DNA of 64,000 bases from Azolla caroliniana (Eukaryota > Plantae > Polypodiophyta), in assembly GCA_043228905.1 (NCBI GenBank), contig JBHGNT010000001.1, positions 372,001 through 436,000 on the forward strand. The letters are read 5' to 3'. Each line of letters starts with the position of its first letter. The stretch's first letter is position 1. Positions 25,554 through 36,900 of the stretch are shown here, piece by piece. Made by a program: the position numbers and the translations under genes. The notes under the pieces were generated by a model that saw only the letters and a list, made by a program, of their open reading frames with translations, had not been told where the DNA came from and did no database searches.

Positions 25554-26425
25554 GGAGGGAGGATTCTCCCTCGCGAGGATAGTCAACTGAATGGCTCGAA
25601 CTGAGGTGCTAAGCCTCAGAGGCACATCTACACCACTTCTTCGTCGTCAATCTTAACATTGATCGGCATGAGGGCATCACACAACTCCTTGATCTTCAAG
25701 GTGTAACTGTCGATTGGCATGTCCCTCTGTTGTATACCGTTCAACTCTTGACGGAGTTGAAGCTTTCTTGCAGTCGTGTTGGCTGCAAAAATCTTATTGA
25801 GTTCCCCCATGCCTCCTTTAGCGTTTTGGCTTTTCGGATGTAGCCAAACATGTGATCGTGGACGCATGATGCAATGCAGTACAACACATGACTCACCACT
25901 TCTTCTTCTTTTTGATACGAATTGTGCAGATTGTTGCTGCAATGATCAGCCGATTCTTTCCGAACGTGTGCTTGGGCACAACACACGTAAAGGTGATGGG
26001 CTTGGATCAAGCTACCACACACTCTAATACCATGTAAAGAATCGGAGATGATTATGTGCAACTGAAGCATTGTGTGTGTGTGTGGAGAGAGAGAGAGAGA
26101 GAGCGCTCAAGATTACAGAGAAAACAAAATACTATAATACAAGGAAGTTGAGTATCCTAGAGTGTGTTCCCACACAGGGGAAGTTGAGTTTGATTCTCGA
26201 TAAGGCGTTTAACCAAACTGTTCCCGGATAACTTCGCCAACACATGGGCTCGGCCATGCTACTAATCCAGGCTGGTCAACGGACACCGGGCGATGAGCAC
26301 ACAGGCTCAGATGCAGGTGTTATTCCGGACCAACTGTCATAGACACACCAACCGCAGACTCGGACGAAGCATGGATGACAAGGCTACGAGGAACTTAAGA
26401 AGCTAGGAACGACATTAGAGCATGT

Positions 26426-27053
26426 TGTCGTGAGGGAAACCGGCTACGAGCGAAAACGAAGACTTGAGCGCGTGAACCACAACATACACGGATGCACGCA
26501 TTTGTAAATTATTTGTACATAGTCTAAGAATAGGTCGGTGTGATGTGGACAGGATTTGATATAGACACATTAAATAGATTAACAAATTGAAACGAATCTC
26601 TATCCAAAGTGACAGAGAATAAATATGATGTACTTACAAGATGTGATGGCTCCTCCCTCGGGAACCTATAAAGGTCGGGAGAGAGGGCTAAGAGATGGAT
26701 CGTGTTATGGGGAGAAAGGAGCGTTGTCGGACACCTCTGTTCGTGTGGGAAGCTTGGGTGCTCCCGACAGAGGCTCCACGTTGTATCTCGTCTTTGGTGT
26801 GCGTGTGTGTGAGTTGTCGAGATAGTAGTGGCTCAGTTACCGGCGAGCCAGTTGTAATCCATTCTTAATCGATTGAGGGTTTCTTTCTCTTCTAATTGTC
26901 TCTTGCATCAATCTGTTCTCGACCAAGCCGGTGAAGCTCTATGCTTGCCGACACACGCTCTTTGTTACACATTTCCCCTTTTCTCACACTCCTCGGTCCA
27001 GGACCCCTGCGGCCACGCCTTCGTTCCTTACACGTACATGTAATTACGCGACA
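26426..27053 (+). mobile_element. Solo LTR (TGTCGTGAGG...CGCGACA), 4-bp TSD ATGT/ACGT
   Basis: Termini, CCTATAAAGG box and U5 motif GGTCCAGGACCCCTGCGGCCACGCC. Confidence 0.85.
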
Positions 27054-27057
27054 ACGT

Positions 27058-28020
27058 AGATAGAGATGAAGAGGGAGACAAAATGGAATGAAATGAGAAT
27101 ACTAGATTGATGTGTCAATGACTAGTGTTGAATCCCTTAAAAGAGACCAAGGAGGTTACAAGTATTTATACAAGTTCTGAGATTGAATATCTTTAAATTA
27201 TACTCGAGAAATATCTTTAGAATATACATATCTAGAATATACCATAAAATATTTCTAGAATATACTAACAAGAATATATGCTAAATTACACAATATTAAA
27301 CCATATTCATGTTCACAAGAGTTTCCATATGTTCTAACACAACACTATGTACTAGGTGTGTTATAGGTCAGAGGTTCAAATCTAGAATGTGACATTATCT
27401 CCCTTTTTACGCCACCTTCCCAAACTGGTCACCGGGTTGTGGGGATATCGATGATGAAAATATTGGATCTCCTTCAGGACATTTTGTAAATTCTTCGCTA
27501 ATTCCCACGTGGCGTCAAACGGGGGGTAACCCTTCCACAAGACAAGGTATTGAAGGTGTGGAAATAGGAACACGAACACAAATGGGCGTGATCGACCATG
27601 TGCGGCCCTCACCGGGAACACGAATAGTGTGAGCGACCATGCACAACACTCACCGAGAACTAGAACACAAACGGGAGTGAGCGACCATGCGGTCCTCATT
27701 GAGAATTGGAACGTGAGAGACCATGTGCGAACCTCATTGGGAATTGGAATTGGAACACGAACGAGCGTGAATGACCATGTGCGATCCTCATCGGAAACTG
27801 GAACAATAGGTGAAGGAGTGCAGGTGAAGCGGTCGTCTCGACTTCTTCTATCATGAGAGGGTAAATAGTTGAGATTGACCCAAAACAGGACACAAACGGT
27901 AGCACTAGTGAGAAACTGACGCAATCCCCACCATGAAAATGAGCGGTTGTAACCCCCACCGGAATTGGGAAGGTGAGCGATCGAAAGCAATCCTCACCCA
28001 AATCGTGATGCAAAATGATA
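27058..28020 (-). mobile_element. Chromovirus (Gypsy) remnant: integrase chromodomain (~27420-27560), PPT (~27395-27410) and 3' LTR from 27394 leftward; degenerate tandem repeats at 27560-27810
   Basis: QYLVLWKGYPPFDATWE..NL.N....I..FH..YP chromodomain signature, followed by AAAAAGGGAGATAA then TGTCACA. Confidence 0.75.
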
Positions 28021-28194
28021 CTTATAAATGATAGCAAGTAGTGTTGAAATACTTGTAACCTTCTTGGTCCCTTTCAATCTTGGAACATGTATAAATACTT
28101 GTAACCTCCTTGGTCCCTTTCAAAGGATTCAACACCAGTCATTGACAAAAGGTTGCAGGTTCAATACTCACTAACTACGTATTTGGCGTCATTG

Positions 28195-28847
28195 TGTCGT
28201 GACACCAATAGTTGGATCCCAATGATGAGCACACGGGCTCGGAAACACAGATAATGCTCGAGGGGAATGGGAAAATAGAATGGAGAATATAGGCTCAACA
28301 CCGAGAGAAGAGTCAAACACAGCAAATGAAATGGATTAGACAACAAAGAAATACAACTGGACTCGGTCAGCAACAGAGCTTTGCGCTCTACACGCACGTG
28401 CACACGGAGAATCTAGTGAGCCTCTGATTGGGAGCACACAGACCTCTAGCACGGAACAGAGGCCTCACGACACGACAATAAAAGGATGGATAGCAAGAAA
28501 ACGAGCACACAATTCTCCAATCTGACAGAGCTTCCACCTCCTAAAACGACCGATCCCATAACAATTCAAACCCCCCCCTTTTATAGCACAAGGGGAGGCG
28601 GGGAGGCCATTACATCACGCATAAAGAAAACCGATTCTGTCAACGATCTTCCCCTTGGTTTTCCTCCCTACACACTTTTATCCTTCTCCATTTGTGGGTC
28701 ATTAAAGTACCCATCCAAATCACAATGTCTAATACTTATTAGTCCTAGAATATTTACATACAAGGCCTCGTTCGTGTGCATCGTTGCACACCCCCGTTAA
28801 CACGCATCCTGGTCCTTCTTCTCCTATGGTCGGAATCCTTCATGACA
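28195..28847 (-). mobile_element. Probable solo LTR (TGTCATGAAG...CACGACA)
   Basis: TG...CA termini with a short inverted repeat and a CTATAAAAG box; flanks ATTG/ATGA do not form a clear TSD. Confidence 0.6.
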
Positions 28848-28945
28848 ATGAGTGGACTAAAAAGAGATGGATGGAGGGGTTTGGGTACGAAAATGTTGAA
28901 TAAATGAGCAAAAAATGTTTATAATGGTTACATTTTAAGTAAGGG

Positions 28946-29570
28946 TGTTGAGAGATCAAGCTCAACTTAGTTTAATTATTTAGTCAACCATGTAACTTCG
29001 TAGTTACCTAGATATACTCTAATTAGGAGTGTTGACTATAACGCCTTAAATAGGACCTTGTACCTAAGTGGGATATTCTAGATCCTCCACTCCTAAGTAC
29101 ATTCAATATAGGACCTACATCTTAGTACCTATATTCTATTCACACTGTACACATGTGCACCTTTGCACATGAGATGTATATATACCTCATTGTGGGTATA
29201 TATAGGACTTACATCTTAGTACCTATATTCTACTCACACTGCACACATGTGCACCTTTGCACATGAGATGTATATATACCTCATTGTGGATATATAGGAC
29301 TTACATCTTAGTACCTATATTCTACTCACATTGTACACATGTGCACCTTTGTACATGAGATGTATATATACCTCATTGTATTTGATGATAATGTTGATGC
29401 TAATTTAATATAGAGTTAATCATCCCCCATCTTATGTTCTTCATAAGTGTATCATCCTCTCTCTCTTCCTCTCACACACATACACACACATATCACATAA
29501 TCTTCTGTGCTTAACTTAATCACATAACTAGGTACTAATTAACCCTTGCTTAATTACCTAATTCTTAACA
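28946..29570 (+). mobile_element. Solo LTR (625 bp), TSD AAGGG, containing three ~92-bp tandem repeats (29106-29379)
   Basis: TGTTGAGA...TCTTAACA termini; AAGGG at 28941-28945 and 29571-29575. Strand assignment is tentative. Confidence 0.85.
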
Positions 29571-30816
29571 AAGGGCATATTGATAATTCACGATTTGCAA
29601 TGTCAAACAATGCATTGTTAGTATTTCGAGTTATTAAATTTATGTTTTTTTTATTTCCTTAGACATTTATGTGATTTTAACATCAAATACCCTTAGTGTT
29701 TGCTATATGAACTTTTCATATACAATATTCATACTTTTTCAACACAACCAAAATTTGCACCTATTTCTAGAACATTGTCATTAAATGACCAAAATGGGTG
29801 CATATGTTGAGTAAATGAGCAATTTTCTTTTATAATGGTTACATTATTAGGTAAGTGCGCGTTGATAATCATCATTAGTTTTTTTGGATAAAGGTAGATT
29901 GTTTGGAATTGCATTGGTGGATATAGCATGCTGAAAAAGCATTGTAATGGTTCCAATGTATGAGTTGCAAGGGCTTGTCTCTGGATGCCACAACTTTTGT
30001 TTCTATGTATGGAATAACTTGGAATGTGTTGATTGCAAAACACGTTGAACATGAGCATGTTGAAGAATATTGAAATGGTTCATATCTATGAGTTGCGAAG
30101 GCTTGTCTCCGAATGCAACTACTTTTGTTGATGTCTATGGAATAACTTGGAATGTGTATATGGAATAACTTGCAAATTAGTTTATTGTTTTCCTCTACTT
30201 TGGAGTACATAGATTTGTTTCCTCAGCCATTGTCTTACACAAGGCAGGTTGGGATGAGGCACGTTGATAAATCATGATTTGCAATGTCAAGGGATGCATT
30301 GTCAGTATTTCGAGTTATTGAAATTATGTTTTTATGAGTTTTTTAGACCATATGTGTGGCTTTTAACATAAGGTTTCAACAGTGTTTGTTATATGAACTT
30401 TCCTATACCAAATTCATACTTTTTCAACACAACCAATATTTGGACCTACTTATCTATTGGAACAAAGTTTGAGATTAGCCAAGAGGCAACATTCAAGTGC
30501 AATATAATATGGTAATCTCAACCACGTAGAGGTACTTGCGTACTCTAGCATTGGGGTAAAATGGAAAGCTTCAAACATGAATTCAATTGCATTGCCAAGC
30601 TCTACTGCATAATTGTGCAAGATGATGTTTCAATGTTACTTCAAGTCCAACTTTCGCCTCACTTTACTTACTATTACTCTGCTACTACACCAAGTCTTAT
30701 TGTTGTTAATTTACGTACCACCTAATTTACAACTACATTTAGTTGGGATGCCATCGTGGAATGGTCGGAATATAGCGGGGGTTGAACGCATGACCTTCTC
30801 CTCTCCACCCGACACC

Positions 30817-30851
<35 letters not shown>

Positions 30852-30896
30852 AATTTTTCTTTGCGATTGGTTTGTCTGCAACATCGATTGGCAGCC

Positions 30897-30923
30897 ATGG
30901 AGTTCTGGGGTATATCTGTCTCA

Positions 30924-30968
<45 letters not shown>

Positions 30969-33900
30969 AACCATCCTCAACAATTGTATCAGAGAGAGAT
31001 TCATTCAAAGCAGTGAGAAGAAATAAGAAGCTTCCATGGAAGGAAGAGGAAAAAATAAAGTACTAACAAGAAAGAGAAAGTTTCTATGAGATAATGAAAT
31101 CTTTCAAGGCATACACAGGCACACACTTGTGTATTGTCTGTATAAATATTTGAATATAAACAATATGAATGGAATATTTCAAGTCACATACAGACACACA
31201 GGTATGTATCTATATATTAAACATCCACAACTTATAAGTATGTTTTGATACTAGAGATTAATAGAAAAGAATACATCAGGACACGGAACAACTAGTACAT
31301 TGATGCATCTAGAACGTTGATGTTTTTTGGTCTCCACTATATTTTCATGTTGCGAAACATACATAATCTATTTGTCATTCTTGAAACTCGTCCATGTTGC
31401 TGTATCAGTAGTTTATACAAGCTCACGTGAATAGGAGCTACGGTCATACCTTGTTGAGATAGATAGATTATATTACGGTTTGCAGAGGTAAAATATGTGA
31501 TGGAAAGACTTGAATGAAGGTTAAAAAAATCATGGGTGGTAAGATGAACAAGTTATTTATACGAACATAAAGAAAACATTAATAGAGGAAAGTGACATGC
31601 CTGATTGTTGATTTTCAGGGATTGAAGTGCCTAGTGGCAAGCCAGTAACTTGTTATCCTGGTGATGATTCTTATCTACATGTTACACAGGTCAGGTTTTT
31701 TCATCCTCTACATGTACCATTCTTTTTTCACTTTTCCTTTTGACATATGCATGCTCAAAGAAGGCCACCTTAATCTGCTGCTGTAGATTGCCTTGGGGGA
31801 TAAGCCGGAAAAAGGGAACGAAAGAGTATCTTTAAGAGTGAAGGTTGAAGATGATGAAATTATCATTGGAACATTGTCACAAGGGAAATGTGATCAGATG
31901 ACAGTGGATTTGATCTTCGAAGATGAATTTGTGCTGTCTCACTCTGGAAGTTCTAGTGTCTTTTTCTGTGGCTATAGAACAAACGCTGTTGGAGAGGAGG
32001 AATATCCTTGTCTAGCTCAAAAATGCGTCCCATCATTTGCTAAGCAAAGAAAGTATTGTTAATTGTTAACATTAGGCTTCTTAACTTGAAGATTAGTACA
32101 AAGTTTAATGAGGAGGAAGATGAATCTGAAGGTATATATTTGATCAGTTGTCCTGATTTCTAAAATTTTCTGTTTTCCTCTATGCCATGTTTTGACTTTT
32201 GATATATAATTGTAGAGGATTTAAAGTTCATTGCTGATGTAAATCGTTCTCTCCATTGGTTACCAGAATCTAGTGAAGAGGAAGAGGAAGAGGAAGAGGA
32301 CGAGGACGAGGACGAGGAGGATATACAAATGCTGGATGTCAAGGACAATGGTATTTCCTGTGTGCACATATAACGTTAATTAGGAGTTATTGTTTAAGGT
32401 TAGATTTAGTTGGTCTAACATATTCTAGATGGCTGTGGTCTAGATACTAGACCTAGGTTTTAGGGATATCTGATATATTAGGACTAACTTCTCTTGAGCA
32501 TTTTCCATGGATTCTCTTATTTTTAACAATGGTCGCAAGCTCAAGTTATTATATTGGACATCCCTAACCCAATGTATGTGCTAGGCATGCCTAGATTTAA
32601 TATGATATGCATCTAGCCCTCTAGGATATTGGTTGTGAAGAGAGTTTTCTCTAATGCTTCCCTCACTAATCATAATTAATTTTATTTCTGTTTCTTTTGC
32701 AATCATAATTATGTGCTAATATCGGTGATGGTGTCTCCTTCATATCAATAAATTTTGAGCTCTTGTGAATGATTATTCTGTCATCAGGTAAAATGCCTGA
32801 AATCATGAAGCCTAGAGAGAAGCATCCTTCACGTGTGGTTGAGATTCCGATTGTTGAAGTTAAGCCAGAAGTTCCTGAAGCTAAGAAAATGTCAAAGAAA
32901 GAGGTACAGAAGAAGGTTGGGGTTCCTGTGATAGAAACAGTTAAGCCACAACATCCCAAAGCTAAGCTAACATCGCTGAAAGAGGAGATTGAAGAGAGTG
33001 ATGAAGATGTGAGTATAAGTTTCCTATCAAGAACAACACGATTTGTTTTCCTTATGTTTATGAACCAAACTAAATGCGATGGTTTTCTACAGAAAGATTT
33101 TGGCAGTGATGACTCTGAAGAGGAACGACCAGAGGTAGAACAAAAAACATAATGGTTTGTGGAGTCTCAGAGTGATTGTGGTGGCAATTTATGAATTCTG
33201 TTCACTCTCTTTTCAAATCAACCTTTTTAATTTCTCAAAATGCTTTGCTTTCTTCTTTTGGTTTGTCAAACAAACCTATTTATCTTCTCAATCCCATGAA
33301 TGTCTTACAATTTGTCCAACCTTACTGATATACTACAGTCTGACCGAAAGAGATATCTTCCAAAGAAACAGAGTTCTAACAAAAGCAAGAAGCCCAACGT
33401 CCCTTCTGAAGGTAAATATTGCAGTTTAGCAAATATCTTATAGCTAGAGCGTGAAATTCATACCTTTATTTAGATCCTCTTTATACAATATGTGGTTGTT
33501 TTTTTTATGTAATATGTGATTGGTTTAGTAGGAAAGCCGGATTTGGGAACGCATAAGCAACAGAAAAAGAGTGCTGGAAAGGTTGTACAAAAAATAGAAA
33601 TATGTGCTAATGAACATTGATATATTTTCTTCTCTTCATACGTCTGAATAATCTCTGTAATGCAGGATGCTCAATCCATGTCTCCAAAGCTCGGATCATA
33701 CATTTGCACACCTTGCAATAAGTAAGATTTTTTGTTTATTTTTAGCTTCAGTGATAACTGCAGTTTGTGGCTCCTCCTAATGATAATCTGTTTTGATGTA
33801 GCTTGACTGTCAATTGCTGGTTGTGGGGAAAATATATTAACATTAAGTTTCAAAAAACAAAAAACAAAAAACAACTTTTACTAATAAAAAACAGGGTTTG

Positions 33901-36900
33901 TAAAGTCTAAGGTAAATGTAACATGTTGCAAATGATGAAACAACTATGGTTTTAGGGCATCCTCCGACGTTCTTATTGTGGCAGTTACAACCATCAAAAT
34001 TTAAGCCAGGAACCAAAACTAATAAAAACAGTGAAATAAAAAGAAATTCCCTTTCACTCCTTCATTCCTAGAAGTTCTTGGAGATATGGAGGATATGAAA
34101 ATTTCTAGCACTAAAATCCAACGTTCTGCACATGGTTATCTATTTAATAAATGGGATTTGATTTCAGATTTATGGGTTAATAAATGTACAGCTTTGAAAT
34201 TGTCTCTCTAGCTTAAGATCATGATACTTTAAGATAAATGGGGGGCCAACACGACTTGGTACCAGCAATTGGTACAAAGCACTCTCGTGAGCCTTCTGGA
34301 TGGGGTATTTGAAATGGTAGAATATAAACAGATGTAAAAAAGGAAATAATTCAGATTTATGGGTTAATAAATACGGCTTTGAATTTGTAAAAATGGGATT
34401 TAATCTCATATCTATGGGTTATTAAAAAAATACAGCTTTGAATTTGGCTCTCTCACGTAAGATGATGATAGATTAACATCCCCAGGGAGCCAAAATGACC
34501 CAATGGATCAACAATAACTACAAAGTACTCTCCCAAGCCTTTTGGGTGGGGCATTTGAATGGTAGAACATACAAAAAAGTACAAAAGAAACTATAAACTA
34601 TTTTAGTCGCTGAATTTCACTGTTTTGATATTCCATGATATTGGGATGGTTCCATCCTCATTAGGAGTTCTTGAAAGCTAGTACAAGCCTGTAGGATTTC
34701 CTGAAAACCATGTCTAATGTTGTTCTATGTGAGGTGTATTCCAAATGCCACGTTCTCTTGTTTCTGGTACAGTTAAAGCAACATAGATTACATTTCCTCT
34801 TTTTCTGCATCAACTTGATGATGTGTTTCACATCCTTTTCCTCTTTTATTGGGAATGAGTATATTGGAATCCTCTCCATTTTGTTGGTGGGTCTCCAATA
34901 TGGTCGAGTAAAGGAAATATACATGTTTTCACATCCCTTTCATTTCTTCTATACGCACACTCAAATATTTTTCAACATGCCATCTTGCAATCCATTTTCA
35001 AATGTCTTGAACATAGTTGGAATTTTCTTTTGGGGTTTTGTGGTAAGCATCCAATTTCTCATATATCCTGGGGAAGGCAAAATAAGTGCCTCCCCAACAT
35101 GTTTCTCGGTACTAGCCATGATACTCGCCACACTCAAGCCTACCTCCAAGCCACAAAGTACTTCCATCACCAAAAATAAAACTCCTATGCCACAGGTACG
35201 CTTATGAAGTAGGAAAGATAAGAATAAAAATGTCTATGCAAGTTTGGTTGCAATTCAATGCATGTGCGCAACAATTTGATTCCTACGATACTAACTCATA
35301 TCTCCCTCCCTCTTTCACCATGAATTTCCTGCAATGTTGTGCTTCTCATAAGTCAAGTATAACAATGCACCAAACCTCAATCCATTAGAGGTTCTTTACC
35401 TCATAACCTCACTCTAGCAGTAAACAACCACGAACAAGCAAGTAACAACTGAGTTACTCTATACAAGAAACCCTCGCTTACAAAAGAGCAAGTAACAACT
35501 GAGTTACAACCAAGCAAGAGATTACAACTTGAAATCTTATCTTGTATTTGAGAACAGCAAACTAAACTATTTTGACGAAATGAATTTCAACACAGAAAAT
35601 GTTACATTCTTTCAATCTCTTCTTCAAGTAATATGCAAACATTCAGCTCTAGGTATGCAAAATGCTCGTCTTGGCTCAATCTCTATTTGGTAGGAGGAAA
35701 TTCTGAGTTGGCCTATTGCTCAGCAAGCACTACGGGGCATACAGATGTCCATGTGCCTCATTCTCTTTAGGAATCATCCTCTGAAAAGTTCATGAATTGG
35801 TCTTTGTATTAGGCCACCTTTGGAGGAAGTGGTTGCCTCGGTGTGAGCCAAGTCTTTGGGTATAGAACTGCCATAGATCTTGCTGTAATACCTTATTCCT
35901 TTATCATTTTAGAGAGGCGTACAATGTGTGAAATTTGGAGAGATGTACAATCTTGAAAGGGTGCCAAGGTCTCGGTCTTGAGGCCATTGTTTTCAAGCCA
36001 CATCATCACCGGTGAGTACCATGATCCTTCTGCATTTTCTGTTGTCACCATTTGCTTCGATGCTTTACTTATAATTCTTTAAGGTGGCTTGGTGAATCCG
36101 GTTGTTGAGTTTCACTTTCTGGAATATTGCTTCTACCATCATGGGGGTTGCTGCCAATTCAGCATAGATGGATCTAGGTGGCAAAGCTCTTGTTGGACAT
36201 GTTAACTTATAGTCTTTGCTAGTTCATGAGCAAAGTAGATGAGTATGCGTAATGGTGAGGTTAGTGATGAGGGAGAGGGTGGTTGTGATGGTGAAGGTTT
36301 TGATGGTTTGGTTGGTTTTGATATTGGGCGCATAGGGGTTCTCATTTGCTTGTACGATATTTAGTGTGTAGTCTCCCCAAAAGCCTACAGTTGTACAAAG
36401 TTGCCAATACATCTCTGTACATCTTTCCTTGTACCAGTGATTTTGGGGCATGCTCTGAGGAAAGTAGTGTCTGAATGTTGTTCGAAAAACTATTGATGGC
36501 GATAGTCTGGAGCGTAGGAGAGAGTTGGAAGATGAGGGCATGGAGGGTTATGTCTGGATCTAGATGGTGGATTCCTTATTGTACATGTTGACTAAAAGTT
36601 TCTACTAGTTCATGGTTAAAACAGATGTTTGTGTTTGAGGATGAAGTTGAAGGTAAATGTTGTTGGGACTGATGGGTAGAGGAATATTTCACCTAGACTT
36701 GAGTACTGCATAATACGCTCAAATAAGACATCATAGGGTGATTCGGTTTCTATTCATTGTAGGCTGATTCAGTTTCTTATTATGTCTCAGTTCCTTGATC
36801 TTTGTTATTTGCTTCTTCATATCCGGTCCCCACTCCACTACCTGTATTATGTAGGGAAATAACATAGTGCAACGAATAAGACTTGAGCCTTTGAGAGTTT

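Larger units (their letters stand above)
14074..26202 (-). mobile_element. Degenerate Ty1/Copia element hosting four nested insertions (5' LTR 26033-26202, PBS 26021-26032, 3' LTR ~14074-14407)
   Basis: Gag at 25554-25960 and 24631-24745; protease WFVDSSASNHMT at ~23100; INT 16396-17130; RT (HQMDVKNAFL, YVDD) 15266-15823; RH (ADWAG, STEAEY, TKHIEVHYH) 14500-15060. The LTRs share CTCAAGATTACAGAG and TTGATTCTC..A. Confidence 0.88.

Noticed and set aside
25149-25625. Repeat-protein ORFs or a CRISPR-like array
   Set aside because: Head-to-tail 54-bp repeats with no unique spacers, inside a TSD-bounded solo LTR; the ORFs are a by-product of a unit length divisible by 3.
27113-28147. TIR DNA transposon
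   Set aside because: The left arm lies inside an LTR downstream of a PPT and no TSD is seen; better explained as two oppositely oriented LTR pieces.
28191-28851. Additional member of the CpG-target LTR group
   Set aside because: Similar termini, but it lacks the shared U5 motif and the flanks ATTG/ATGA do not form a TSD.
35335-35641. Solo LTR inside the intronic LINE
   Set aside because: TGTT...AACA ends and an internal duplication are present, but the flanks TGCAA/TTCAG are a poor TSD.
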